Assembly (NCBI GenBank): GCA_964389375.1
Contig: CAYMDP010000007.1
Span: 8,701-72,700 of the forward strand
DNA: 64,000 nt
Source of the DNA: an uncultured Pseudobdellovibrionaceae bacterium
GTDB taxonomy: Bacteria; Bdellovibrionota; Bdellovibrionia; Bdellovibrionales; UBA1609
Direction of reading: 5' to 3'
The position numbers and the translations under genes were made by a program. This document shows, piece after piece, positions 8,201-17,880 of this stretch. The notes beneath the pieces are model-generated. The model was not told the origin of the DNA. It did not search any database and saw only the letters and a list, made by a program, of their open reading frames with translations. Each line of letters starts with the position of its first letter. The stretch's first letter is position 1.

Positions 8201-8399
8201 TCTGAGTTAGAAGGGCCGACCGAGGATGTTCGACGGCTGAGGTGGAGCACTTTAAAAATAGAAAAAATGCCTCTGACAATAGCGGGGAAGACTCTGTTTT
8301 TTGCTTGGGCAGAATTAGGACTTGGTAAACGAAATGAGAAGGCCTAGCATAGAGTAAGGGTGTTCGGGCTTTGAGCACTAGATTCTTTGGAGGCATTTC

Positions 8400-9326
8400 G
8401 TGAAATATAAAAACGTCGCTTTACTTGTTGGTGGAATGGGAGCTGAGCGTAAGGTCAGTCTAGTCACTGGTCAGGCCTTTGCGAAGGCACTGGATCAATT
8501 AAACATTAAGTACACCCTTTTAGATGCGGCAGAAGATTTGCCCGCTCGTCTTGAAGAATTGCGTCCAGATGTTGCGCTTTTGGCGCTTCACGGAAAGTTT
8601 GGAGAAGATGGAACGGTACAAGGGCTTCTTGAATATTTAAAAATCCCTTATTCCACAAGTGGGGTTTTGGCCTCTTCGCTTTGTATGGATAAGTATTTTT
8701 CAAAACAAATCTATATTCAAAATGGGATACCCACTCCGGATTTCGAAATGTTCAATCTAAAAAAAGTCGATGCAAAAACAGCGAACACCAAATTGTCTTT
8801 TCCTGTGGTGGTCAAGCCTTCTCGAGAGGGCTCGAGTGTAGGTGTTTCGATCTGCAAAAATCTTGATGAGTTCAGAAAAGGTTTAGAGTTTGCGGGAACT
8901 TATGATTACGAAGTCTTGGTTGAAGATTTTATTGATGGGTCTGAACTCACTGTCCCGATCCTTAACGGACGAGTTTTAACTCCGATAGAGATTGTTCCAA
9001 AAACTGCCTTTTATGATTTCGAGCGAAAGTATACTGCGGGTGCCACAGATTATTTTCTACCGGCCCGAGTGCCAGAGTCTGTTGTTGAAGCATGTAAGAT
9101 GTGGACTCAAAAAGCCTGGGAAGCCTGTCGAGTTCGAGTTTATGCGCGGATGGATTTTAGAGTCGATAAATCAAATCGAGTTTATTTGATTGAGGTTAAC
9201 ACTCAGCCTGGCTGTACACCCACTTCGCTTTTTCCAAAGTCGGCTGCCCACGAAGGGATTCCATTCGAGAATATTATTGCCGAACTTATTGAATCAGCCA
9301 CTTTGGATTACGCGGGGGTTCGGTGA
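8400..9326 (+). CDS. ddl: D-alanine--D-alanine ligase
   Basis: ATP-grasp protein with the LHGKFGEDGTVQGLLE, PVVVKPSREGSSVG and LIEVNTQPG motifs. GTG start preceded by GGAGG. Confidence 0.92.
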   Translation: MKYKNVALLVGGMGAERKVSLVTGQAFAKALDQLNIKYTLLDAAEDLPARLEELRPDVALLALHGKFGEDGTVQGLLEYLKIPYSTSGVLASSLCMDKYFSKQIYIQNGIPTPDFEMFNLKKVDAKTANTKLSFPVVVKPSREGSSVGVSICKNLDEFRKGLEFAGTYDYEVLVEDFIDGSELTVPILNGRVLTPIEIVPKTAFYDFERKYTAGATDYFLPARVPESVVEACKMWTQKAWEACRVRVYARMDFRVDKSNRVYLIEVNTQPGCTPTSLFPKSAAHEGIPFENIIAELIESATLDYAGVR

Positions 9327-10063
9327 AGCGAATTCTCCGGGTATTTCTTCATCTCACGATTTGGATCTCGGTTTTTTTGATCCTCGGCCTTCAGGCCAAA
9401 GAGCGTGGTTTGTTTCGTTTACAAGAGATCGAAATCGAAAAGGGTGCAAACCTTCAAGATGAGTTTTTCTTTCAATCTATTCGAGACTCATTAAGCGCAA
9501 AGGTTCAGCCCTTAGTCGGTCAGTACATCTGGCAAGTGCGTTTAGAAAATATCATGAAAGAGATTGAAGGGGATCAAAGGATTGAGGCCGCTCATATCTC
9601 TAGATTATTCCCCAATCGACTTAAGATTGTGATCGAACCTCATCGTCCAATTCTTGCCGTGCTGTCTGAAGAGAATAAAGTTTATCCTTTGGCGCCCGAT
9701 GGGACTTTAATGACTGCGCTTGCAATCACCGAAGGACCTGATCTTCCTTTGCTTCGAGGAAAACAATTTATCAAAGACGAAGCTTTAAGAAAAAAAGCGA
9801 TTCAACTTTTTAATGAGTTGCCAGAAAGCGGTCCCTTTAGTCAGAAAATTATTTCCGAAATTAACTATTCTCCAAAATCAGGCTTCTCATTAATTTTATC
9901 AAATCTTGGAACTGAAGTTCGAGTCGGTGAAGCAGACCTTGGACGAAAGGCTAGTCGAGTTGAAAAAGTGATGAGCTATTTGGAAAATCATCAGATTAAA
10001 GGACGCGTCATCGACGCGAGATTCACAAAGAAAGTTGTTGTCAGGTTGCGTAATGAGCCATAG
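9323..10063 (+). CDS. ftsQ: Cell division protein FtsQ (N-terminal TM helix plus POTRA)
   Basis: Single N-terminal TM helix. About 245 aa. Located between ddl and ftsA, with a 4-nt overlap on ddl. Confidence 0.8.
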   Translation: MKRILRVFLHLTIWISVFLILGLQAKERGLFRLQEIEIEKGANLQDEFFFQSIRDSLSAKVQPLVGQYIWQVRLENIMKEIEGDQRIEAAHISRLFPNRLKIVIEPHRPILAVLSEENKVYPLAPDGTLMTALAITEGPDLPLLRGKQFIKDEALRKKAIQLFNELPESGPFSQKIISEINYSPKSGFSLILSNLGTEVRVGEADLGRKASRVEKVMSYLENHQIKGRVIDARFTKKVVVRLRNEP

Positions 10064-10140
10064 CCTTTAGGCAAGGTCTTGTACTTTGCTCGACAAAAAT
10101 CGAGTGAGATCAAGGACCTCAATCAACATTGAGGGCTCTA

Positions 10141-11385
10141 ATGTCAAAGGCGTTCAACAAGCGACCCAAAATTATAGCAGGCCTTGATTTAGGAACAACC
10201 AAAGTCACATGTTCTATCGGAGTCGTAAGCTCTGACAAAAAAATTGATGTGGTCGGTGTGGGGAACGCGGTCAACACGGGCATGCGCCAAGGTGTGGTTG
10301 TCAATATTGAAGCGGCCTCTGAAGCAATTCGCAAAGCACGAGAAGAAGCAGAGTTGATGTCTGGCCTGAAGATTTCTTCAGTTTGGTTAGGTGTTGGTGG
10401 AAGTCATCTTCAGTCTTTTGATTCTGAAGGAATGGTCGCGATTCGAAATAAAGAAGTCACTCAGGAAGATATTGATCGAGTCATTGAAGCGGCAAAGGCT
10501 GTTGCAATTCCTCATGATCGCCAAGTTCTACATGTTCTTCCCAACGAATTTAAAATCGACGGTCAGGCCGGAATTCGCGATCCCATTGGAATGTCTGGTG
10601 TGCGTCTTGAATGCTCAGTTCATATTGTCACCGGTGGAAACGCAACGATTCAAAATGCAATGAAGTGTATTGTAAAGTCAGGATTGTCGGTTGAAGGTTT
10701 AGTCCTTCAGCAGCTCGCTTCGGCCATGGCCGTTTTAAGTGAAGATGAAAAAAATCTCGGAGTTTGTGTCGTTGATATCGGCGGCGGAACTTGCGATCTG
10801 ATTACTTTTGCTCAAGGGAGCGTGATTCACACGGGGGTGATTCCTGTCGGTGGGCAAAACTTTACCCACGATGTAGCGATGGGTCTTAAGACAACTCAAA
10901 CCAATGCCGAAGTTTTAAAGCGCAAATTTGGAACCGCAATTGCGGAATCCGTTCAGGATGCAGAGTCTATTGAAGTTGAAAGTGTCGGCGGCCGTAAATC
11001 TAGAACAATGGCTCGCCGAGATCTTTGCGAAGTGATCGAAGCCAGGTCAGAAGAAACTTTAAGCCTGATTCGTGAAGAGCTAAAAAATAAATCTCTTCTT
11101 GGTCGACTTGGATCTGGAGTGGTTTTAACCGGAGGGGTTAGTCAGCTTCCGGGATTGCTCGAGATGGGAGACTATATATTTGATGTTCCCGTTCGACGAG
11201 GGGCTCCGACTCAAATTGGTGGTCTTACGGATGTTGTGCGTTCACCGAGTTATTCCACCGCAGTGGGACTTTTGCTTTATGGTTTGGCCCAAGAGCAAGA
11301 GACTGGCATTTTTGACGAAAACGAAGCTCGTGTTGCGGGACGATCTTCAAATTGGACACAAAGATTAAAAGATTTTTTTGGATAG
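10141..11385 (+). CDS. ftsA: Cell division protein FtsA (actin-like ATPase)
   Basis: GLDLGTTKV phosphate-1 motif and VVDIGGGTCD. I prefer the ATG at 10141, which has an upstream GAGGG; the tracked ORF starts at TTG 10129. Confidence 0.92.
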   Translation: MSKAFNKRPKIIAGLDLGTTKVTCSIGVVSSDKKIDVVGVGNAVNTGMRQGVVVNIEAASEAIRKAREEAELMSGLKISSVWLGVGGSHLQSFDSEGMVAIRNKEVTQEDIDRVIEAAKAVAIPHDRQVLHVLPNEFKIDGQAGIRDPIGMSGVRLECSVHIVTGGNATIQNAMKCIVKSGLSVEGLVLQQLASAMAVLSEDEKNLGVCVVDIGGGTCDLITFAQGSVIHTGVIPVGGQNFTHDVAMGLKTTQTNAEVLKRKFGTAIAESVQDAESIEVESVGGRKSRTMARRDLCEVIEARSEETLSLIREELKNKSLLGRLGSGVVLTGGVSQLPGLLEMGDYIFDVPVRRGAPTQIGGLTDVVRSPSYSTAVGLLLYGLAQEQETGIFDENEARVAGRSSNWTQRLKDFFG

Positions 11386-11406
11386 AGTAAAGCCTGGGGA
11401 GGGTTT

Positions 11407-12897
11407 ATGTTTGAGTTGGAAGAGAATACCAACTTTGGAGCGACGATAAAGGTTATTGGAGTTGGTGGCGGAGGAAGCAACGCTGTTCAAACCATGATCG
11501 AAGGTGGTTTGACAGGCGTTGAATTTGTTGTCGCGAATACCGACAAACAAGCTTTGCAGCACAATAAAGCCGACGAAAAAATTCAACTCGGCCGCGAGCT
11601 GACCAAAGGTTTGGGCGCTGGAGCGAATCCAGAGATTGGAAAACGCGCAGCGATTGAATCATATAATGATATCGTTTCTCGTCTTGAAGGCGCGGACATG
11701 GTGTTTGTGACGGCGGGAATGGGTGGCGGAACCGGAACCGGTGGTGCTCCTGTTATTGCTAAAATCGCAAAAGAATTGGGTGCCTTAACAATTGGTGTGG
11801 TCACTCGTCCTTTTGTTTTTGAAGGAAAAAAGAGAAAAAGACATGCTGATCTTGGAATCCAAGAATTAAAAGAGAATGTTGATACTTTAATCGTCATTCC
11901 AAATCAAAAGTTACTCTCAGTATCAACGGATAAAACACCTCTTCTTGAGACCTTTAAGCGTGCGGACCAAGTTCTGCTTCATGCAGTTAAGGGAATTTCG
12001 GATCTTATTAATATCCGTGGATTAATAAACTTAGATTTCGCTGATATCCGAACTGTTATGGCCGCTAAGGGCATGGCAATTATGGGGTCGGGCCTTGCAA
12101 CAGGTGATAACCGAGCGGTTGAAGCCGCGACTCAAGCGATCTCTTCTCCGCTTCTTGAGAATATTTCGATTGATGGGGCGACTGGAATCATCATCAATGT
12201 AACAGGTGGACCAGACCTTACTCTTTGGGAAGTCAACGAAGCTTCGACACTTATTACTGAAGCGGCTCATGAAGATGCAGAGATTATTTTCGGTGCGGTT
12301 ATTGACGACAGCATGGGAAGTAACGTGAGCGTCACAGTCATTGCGACTGGTTTTGGAAACGAAAGCCATCGTATGGTCAACGATCAGATTTCAAAACTTC
12401 AGGCCATGGCCGATGCTCAATTGGCAATGCAGTCCAGAATGAACTTAAGTCAGGCAGAGCTTGCGGCTTCTTTTTCTCGAGAAATTCACGAAGAGCCAGT
12501 CAGTGCGCCTCAGAATATTCCAAGTTATGAAGTCAGCACTTCTGGTGGCCCATTAAGAGCCGAGACCCCAGAGATGATTGCTCCTATGCAGTCTCCCTCT
12601 TATGAACCTCAAGTGGAGGCCTCTTCTCAAGGCTTAGGATCTTCAGAGAAGCCTCTTCTTCCTCGAGATATCCTTCTTGCGAAAGCAAGAGCGTACCGTG
12701 AGAATCAGGTGCAAAAGAATTTGAATGGGATTCAGCCAGAACAACTCTCTATGAATGTGGAGTCCTCTGAAGCAGACCCTTTAAGTTTGGCTCGAAGACA
12801 GTCGCAAGAATTGGCGAAGTCTCCATTTGATCGTAATGATCTTGATGTACCGGCCTACTTGCGCCGTCGTAAGAACGAGGAACAAAGCCTCGACTAG
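11407..12897 (+). CDS. ftsZ: Cell division GTPase FtsZ with a long (about 160 aa) C-terminal linker
   Basis: Tubulin signature GGGTGTG, NTDKQAL, and the C-terminal conserved peptide [11 protein letters not shown]. Confidence 0.97.
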   Translation: MFELEENTNFGATIKVIGVGGGGSNAVQTMIEGGLTGVEFVVANTDKQALQHNKADEKIQLGRELTKGLGAGANPEIGKRAAIESYNDIVSRLEGADMVFVTAGMGGGTGTGGAPVIAKIAKELGALTIGVVTRPFVFEGKKRKRHADLGIQELKENVDTLIVIPNQKLLSVSTDKTPLLETFKRADQVLLHAVKGISDLINIRGLINLDFADIRTVMAAKGMAIMGSGLATGDNRAVEAATQAISSPLLENISIDGATGIIINVTGGPDLTLWEVNEASTLITEAAHEDAEIIFGAVIDDSMGSNVSVTVIATGFGNESHRMVNDQISKLQAMADAQLAMQSRMNLSQAELAASFSREIHEEPVSAPQNIPSYEVSTSGGPLRAETPEMIAPMQSPSYEPQVEASSQGLGSSEKPLLPRDILLAKARAYRENQVQKNLNGIQPEQLSMNVESSEADPLSLARRQSQELAKSPFDRNDLDVPAYLRRRKNEEQSLD

Positions 12898-12905
12898 AAG
12901 GAATT

Positions 12906-13673
12906 TTGAAGTCGGTTTTTGTTTCTGATATTCATATCACCTCTAGGCTTGATTCAAAGCATGAGGTGTTCTGTAAGCTTTTAGTCGATTTGGCTCAGGA
13001 TAAAGACCTGAGCCATCTTTTTTTAGTCGGAGATATTTTTGATCTTTGGCTTTGGAAGCACGATTATTTTATCCAAGAGTATTCAAAAATTGTTTCCTTG
13101 CTGCAGGATCTCTGTGAGCGAGGGGTAAAGGTTATTTTCTTTGAGGGAAACCACGATCTTTATCTTAAAGAGTTTTGGACAGATTTAGGTGTGGAGGTTT
13201 GTGAAGGCCCAAAAGTTTTTCAGTTGGGCCATCTAAAAGTTCTTGTCGAGCATGGGGATCAATCCAATCCTGAGGATCGGGGCTATCTCTTTTTAAGATG
13301 GATCCTGCGAACGGCACCTCTTAAACTTTTAGTACGTATTCTTCCCTCGAGCTTAGTGGTTCTTATCGGTCAAAGATCTTCTCAGGCTAGCCGCCGCTAC
13401 ACATCTACCTCTAAGGGAATTTCAACTCATTTGGCGATTGATAAATTAAGGGCCCACGCCCTTCGCCAAGCAGAGATCCATGATTTTGATCTTTTGATCA
13501 ATGGTCATGTCCACATTCTGGATGATTTCAAATTTCACTTGGCTGAAAGGCCACGCAGAGCAGTCAACCTTGGAAGCTGGTTTGATGGAGCAAAGGCCTT
13601 TATTTTATCGGACAAAGTCTCCGGAGAATTTCTGTCTTTAGATCCAAAAGACTCCAACCAGAATCTGACGTGA
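12906..13673 (+). CDS. lpxH: Calcineurin-like metallophosphoesterase, LpxH-like (UDP-2,3-diacylglucosamine hydrolase candidate)
   Basis: SDIHI, GDIFDLW, GNHD, EHGD and GHVH motifs in the LpxH order and size (255 aa). TTG start. Confidence 0.6.
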   Translation: MKSVFVSDIHITSRLDSKHEVFCKLLVDLAQDKDLSHLFLVGDIFDLWLWKHDYFIQEYSKIVSLLQDLCERGVKVIFFEGNHDLYLKEFWTDLGVEVCEGPKVFQLGHLKVLVEHGDQSNPEDRGYLFLRWILRTAPLKLLVRILPSSLVVLIGQRSSQASRRYTSTSKGISTHLAIDKLRAHALRQAEIHDFDLLINGHVHILDDFKFHLAERPRRAVNLGSWFDGAKAFILSDKVSGEFLSLDPKDSNQNLT

Positions 13674-13723
13674 AAATCAGGTGTAGGATGGCCTATGATT
13701 AAGCTTACTGAGGTCCACTCGCC

Positions 13724-14728
13724 ATGATTTACGTATACGATGAGATCAAGCAGCTTATTTCGAGTAGTGAAGGAAAGCTGCGTTCAGAAACGCTTGCCGA
13801 GATTCCATACAAAGATGGAAAGCTTCCAATTTTAAAACTTACTGCGGGGAGTGAAGATCCAAAGGCTCCAGTCCTAGGATTTATTGGTGGGGTGCATGGG
13901 CTTGAACGAATCGGAACTCAAGTCTGTCTTTCTTTTTTAAAAAGTTTCGTCGCCATGCTTTCCTGGGACCAGGTGATGAATAAGTCTTTAAAGCATTTGC
14001 GCGTTTTTTTTATTCCCATGGTTAATCCAGTCGGATTAATGCGAGCATCAAGATCTAATCCCCAGGGCGTTGATATCATGAGAAATGCCCCTGTGGATGC
14101 AAAAGATCCGGCACTTTTTCTTGGCGGCCATCGCTTGTCTCCTTTGCTTCCCTGGTATCGAGGTGAAGTTGGGACCATGGAGCTTGAGACAAAAGCATTG
14201 ATTGAGGGAATCGAGAAAGAGGTCTTCAAAAGCTCTTTAGCATTAACAGTAGATCTTCACTCTGGTTTTGGTTTAGTCGATCGATTGTGGTTTCCTTATG
14301 CAAAGTCCATGGATCCAATTGAGGATTTAGCGTACGTCGTCGGACTTCAAGAGCGCTTAATGTTGACCTACCCGAATCATATTTATCATATCGAGCCCCA
14401 GGCCATTAGCTACACGACCCATGGAGATGTTTGGGATTACCTTTATGATGGATTTAAACAAAGTCATCCTAAAGGACTATATTTGCCATTGTCTCTAGAA
14501 ATGGGCTCGTGGCTTTGGATCAAAAAGAATCCTTCCCAATTGTTTTCGGCAATTGGTCCCTTTAATCCGATCAAAAGCCATCGATTAAAACGAACCTTAA
14601 GACGACATTTGGCCTTGTTTGATTTCTCACTTCGTCTTTTGTGCTCACCCCAGGCTTGGGCCATTGCCCCCTCCAGTGAGAGTTTAGAAATGTGGAAGAA
14701 AAAGGGTTTGGAGCAGTGGTATGACTAG
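13724..14728 (+). CDS. M14-family zinc carboxypeptidase-like protein
   Basis: HxxE zinc motif (GGVHGLERIG) and a downstream DLHSG second-His motif. Confidence 0.55.
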   Translation: MIYVYDEIKQLISSSEGKLRSETLAEIPYKDGKLPILKLTAGSEDPKAPVLGFIGGVHGLERIGTQVCLSFLKSFVAMLSWDQVMNKSLKHLRVFFIPMVNPVGLMRASRSNPQGVDIMRNAPVDAKDPALFLGGHRLSPLLPWYRGEVGTMELETKALIEGIEKEVFKSSLALTVDLHSGFGLVDRLWFPYAKSMDPIEDLAYVVGLQERLMLTYPNHIYHIEPQAISYTTHGDVWDYLYDGFKQSHPKGLYLPLSLEMGSWLWIKKNPSQLFSAIGPFNPIKSHRLKRTLRRHLALFDFSLRLLCSPQAWAIAPSSESLEMWKKKGLEQWYD

Positions 14729-15485
14729 CGAAATGAGGACAGATCCTAGGCATTGGATTTTTATTCGGGGACTAGCGCGAGGCCAGGGGCATTGGGGTTT
14801 TTTCGCAGAAAAATTTCAGGTGGCTTTTCCTGAAGATCATATCGAACATTTTGATCTTCCTGGCAATGGACTTCGATATGAAGAATCAAGCCCCAGGCGG
14901 CTTGAGGACTACATAGATGATATTCGATCCAAGCGGCAAGTCACCGATCGGCCGGTAATGATTCTTGCAATGTCTTTTGGAGCGATGTTGACTTTAAAAT
15001 GGATGCAGGACTTCCCTAAGGAGATTGAGAAAGCCTACTTGATTAATACCAGCAATCTTGCCTTTAGCCCCTTTTATCGTCGCCTTCAGCCAAAGGCTTT
15101 TTTTAATCTGATTCAAATCTTAGCGGAAAAAGATTTAAAACAAAGGGAACTAAAAATTTTAGATCTCACGACAAGCAAACAAAAATGGAAGAGAGAGGAA
15201 TTTAAAAAACTTCTTCAATTCTCTTCAAAATATCCGACCTCAAAAGTGAATGCCCTAAATCAAATCTTAGCGGCCAGTCAGGCAAAGATCCTGGGCCCCT
15301 TTCGTCCCGATGTGGAGCTGATCTGTGGCGCGGAAGATAAAATGGTCCACCCCACCTGTTCGATCAAGATGGCCCAATCTTGGAAGAAAAGACTTCATCT
15401 TCACCCTTGGGCGGGACATGACCTTCCCCTTGATGATCCGGAATGGCTGATTCAGATTCTTTCGGGTCACAATCCCTCTATTTAA
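14721..15485 (+). CDS. Alpha/beta-fold hydrolase
   Basis: Nucleophile elbow variant AMSFG and a C-terminal GHD. About 250 aa. 8-nt overlap with the upstream gene. Confidence 0.6.
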   Translation: MTSEMRTDPRHWIFIRGLARGQGHWGFFAEKFQVAFPEDHIEHFDLPGNGLRYEESSPRRLEDYIDDIRSKRQVTDRPVMILAMSFGAMLTLKWMQDFPKEIEKAYLINTSNLAFSPFYRRLQPKAFFNLIQILAEKDLKQRELKILDLTTSKQKWKREEFKKLLQFSSKYPTSKVNALNQILAASQAKILGPFRPDVELICGAEDKMVHPTCSIKMAQSWKKRLHLHPWAGHDLPLDDPEWLIQILSGHNPSI

Positions 15486-15642
15486 AGGAGAAAGATATTC
15501 CATGATGCGTAAACGGCCTCAGAGTAGGTCTTAGCTCAAAATGAAGGAAGCTTCGCAGGAATAGGTTGTCTGATCGAATAATTCGGGGGAACATAATTAT
15601 ACCCAAAGCCGATCGCGTTGGGTATATAGGTGGGAGGGGCTT

Positions 15643-16329
15643 ATGGAAGAGGTCCGCGTCTTACGGGAAGAGATTAAGTGGCTTAACACTTTTTTGCTTT
15701 ATCCCGAGTATCCTAAAATTTTAGATCAGCAGCTTCAGCAGTTTATGCCCTTTCCTGAGGATTTTTTAAAGTCCGTAAACGACTATCTGTTTTACGGACA
15801 TTTGGTAAATCAAAAAGACCTTGAATATTTATTGTGGTCTGAAGTTGAAAGCCCTTTTTTGTTAAATCGAGATTTAGCCTCGATTGCTTTAATTCGCCAA
15901 GGTCAGTTGACTCAAAGTCGAATTGATCGTGTTTGTGGTTTGATGATGTATTCCGGTGAGGGATCCCCAGTGGCTATTGAAGCCGCCCTGGCCTTTGCTC
16001 AGTGGAGGTCCTGGAACCAAGAGCTTTCGAAGTGGTGGAATTGGAAAAGCTTTCTGGATGTGATCGATCAGGGCTTGATTGATGACGAACTAGCGCCCTG
16101 GTGTGCTTTGGCCTATTTCTGGGGATTTCAAAAGCAAGGCGGACAAGCACAGCTTAGTGATGCGAGTTTTCAAACTTTAAAAGACAGTCTTTTTCAGGCT
16201 CTAAAAGTTGAACCCAATCGCCATGTTCGCGATTTTAAAATGACTCGTACCCTTGCGCTTAATGAAGGTCGAGTTTCTCAAGAAAAAGCCTTGGTTTTGG
16301 CGCCAGGTCCTCTGTCAGGGAATGCTTAA
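15643..16329 (+). CDS. Hypothetical protein (Trp-rich, helical, no recognisable motif)
   Basis: 228-aa ORF with an upstream GGGAGGGG RBS. Its stop lies 2 nt before the next start, suggesting an operon. Confidence 0.6.
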   Translation: MEEVRVLREEIKWLNTFLLYPEYPKILDQQLQQFMPFPEDFLKSVNDYLFYGHLVNQKDLEYLLWSEVESPFLLNRDLASIALIRQGQLTQSRIDRVCGLMMYSGEGSPVAIEAALAFAQWRSWNQELSKWWNWKSFLDVIDQGLIDDELAPWCALAYFWGFQKQGGQAQLSDASFQTLKDSLFQALKVEPNRHVRDFKMTRTLALNEGRVSQEKALVLAPGPLSGNA

Positions 16330-16330
16330 T

Positions 16331-16855
16331 ATGAAATCCTTGTTCGGATTATTTGCTCTACTTGTCCTTAGCTATTCTTCATTAAGTCTGGCTCAACATG
16401 ATGTGCTTTGTTGGGATGGAGATTGTCTTAAAAATGGTTGGACCCAGACGCATTTAAGAACTGGTCAGTTTACTGATTTTCAGTGTTACCGAGAGGGTTG
16501 TGAGATTTCGGGATGGATTGTCGGTGGTACAGAAAACATTTCTTACTACACTCAATGTAAGCCTGGGGGATGTTTTCAGGAAGGCTGGTATGAAGTCGAT
16601 CGAGGAAACCAACAACTTTTAAATGATGTCGTCTGTGAGTTTTTTGATTGCCTACAAAATGGCTGGAATATCTACGGTCGGCAAGGAAACCATCAGTTGC
16701 GTTGTATCGAGAATGATTGCAAAGCAAAGGGCTGGGTCTCTACGAACTCTTCGGGCCAAAGTCAGAGTATTGTCTGTAAAAACGCTGCTTGCTTTCAGTC
16801 CGGCTGGACAAGTTTAGCCCCGAGTGCGCCCTCCAAAAAACTCATTTTAAACTAA
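16331..16855 (+). CDS. Secreted cysteine-rich repeat protein (six C-x4-C-x3-G-W units)
   Basis: Signal peptide MKSLFGLFALLVLSYSSLSLAQ. Repeats are CWDGDCLKNGW, CYREGCEISGW, CKPGGCFQEGW, CEFFDCLQNGW, CIENDCKAKGW and CKNAACFQSGW. I prefer the ATG at 16331 over the tracked 16253. Confidence 0.75.
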   Translation: MKSLFGLFALLVLSYSSLSLAQHDVLCWDGDCLKNGWTQTHLRTGQFTDFQCYREGCEISGWIVGGTENISYYTQCKPGGCFQEGWYEVDRGNQQLLNDVVCEFFDCLQNGWNIYGRQGNHQLRCIENDCKAKGWVSTNSSGQSQSIVCKNAACFQSGWTSLAPSAPSKKLILN

Positions 16856-16995
16856 TTTTCTTGATGGCAAACCTAGGTGGGGCCGAATTTTTGAGGGCCA
16901 AACTTATTTGGTCTTAAGAAATCCCTGTTTTCTCGACAAGAATTTTTTCGAGTCAGTTCTTGGGAAATATATAAAGGGACGCTATAGTACGGTTT

Positions 16996-17880
16996 ATGTT
17001 CAGCTGGATTAAAGATCTTCTTCCGGAGAATTCAAAGGCAACAATCTTGCGCATCTACTTTGGATCCGCTTTGGATTTTACTTTTTTGGACTTTGATTTA
17101 TATCAAAATGATTTTGTCCAAAGATGGAAAAACGATCTCAGTCGTTGTTTAAGACAAAAGAAGCAGATACGAGATGGCGGCTTTTTTTACGGAAGCTCAC
17201 TATATAGTTCCGAAGAATTAATAAAAATTATGACAAGTTCAATTGAGTGTGTACATCGCAGAACAGACGAAAGAATCAAAGGTGCGTCATTTGAAGATAT
17301 CGATCAGAATTTTTTGAATGCTCTCCACAAAGAATTTGAAAGAGTGAGTGCCATAAAAAAGTACTGGCCCGGTGGAGATTATGACGATGTGGACAAGGCC
17401 CTCATTGATTTAAACGCAGCTATCCATCAGTATGAAGTCCTGATTCAAAATAAAGACACTGCCCCGAGCCCCTATTTTTCTTTTGATGTTAATTTTTCGA
17501 ACACTCGAAAACGTAAATTATTGGATGATGATTTTAAGTATTTCACTCCAGATGTGAAGTTTGGCGAAGTATATCTCGATTACGCAACCGTGGGTGTTCC
17601 GGTGCTAAATGCCTATCTCACCAGGGAAGTTCAATTTCCTGTTCCTCAACGGGAATTTAAACCAGATTTTCGGGTTTCTTTTGATTATAGTCGGACTTTT
17701 GATGAAATTCCTGAGTTGAGGAAATGGGTTCGAGAAAAATATAATTGGGACCCAGATCACCCGAAGCTGGCGGTAGGGGCGATTCCCTTGGGGTTATTGA
17801 CCAGATCAGATCTTTCTGTTGAAGACGCCTTTAGCTTGGTCAGTTCATATCGTAATATTCTGAGAGTCGAGCTTCATTGA
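16996..17880 (+). CDS. Hypothetical protein (294 aa)
   Basis: Long ORF in an AT-richer segment with no recognisable motif. Its 3' end overlaps the convergent 748-aa gene by 36 nt. Confidence 0.55.
   Translation: MFSWIKDLLPENSKATILRIYFGSALDFTFLDFDLYQNDFVQRWKNDLSRCLRQKKQIRDGGFFYGSSLYSSEELIKIMTSSIECVHRRTDERIKGASFEDIDQNFLNALHKEFERVSAIKKYWPGGDYDDVDKALIDLNAAIHQYEVLIQNKDTAPSPYFSFDVNFSNTRKRKLLDDDFKYFTPDVKFGEVYLDYATVGVPVLNAYLTREVQFPVPQREFKPDFRVSFDYSRTFDEIPELRKWVREKYNWDPDHPKLAVGAIPLGLLTRSDLSVEDAFSLVSSYRNILRVELH

Noticed and set aside
7827-8252. Possible CRISPR-like array, given the many palindromic repeats.
   Set aside because: The repeats are inverted and nested, not direct and regularly spaced. There are no unique spacers of uniform length and no cas genes in the window.
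15598-15626. Small hairpin TATACCCAA-N11-TTGGGTATA just upstream of the RBS of the 15643 gene.
   Set aside because: It has only a 9-bp stem in AT-rich DNA and is a single occurrence. It is plausibly a regulatory or attenuator stem, but it cannot be distinguished from chance by eye.
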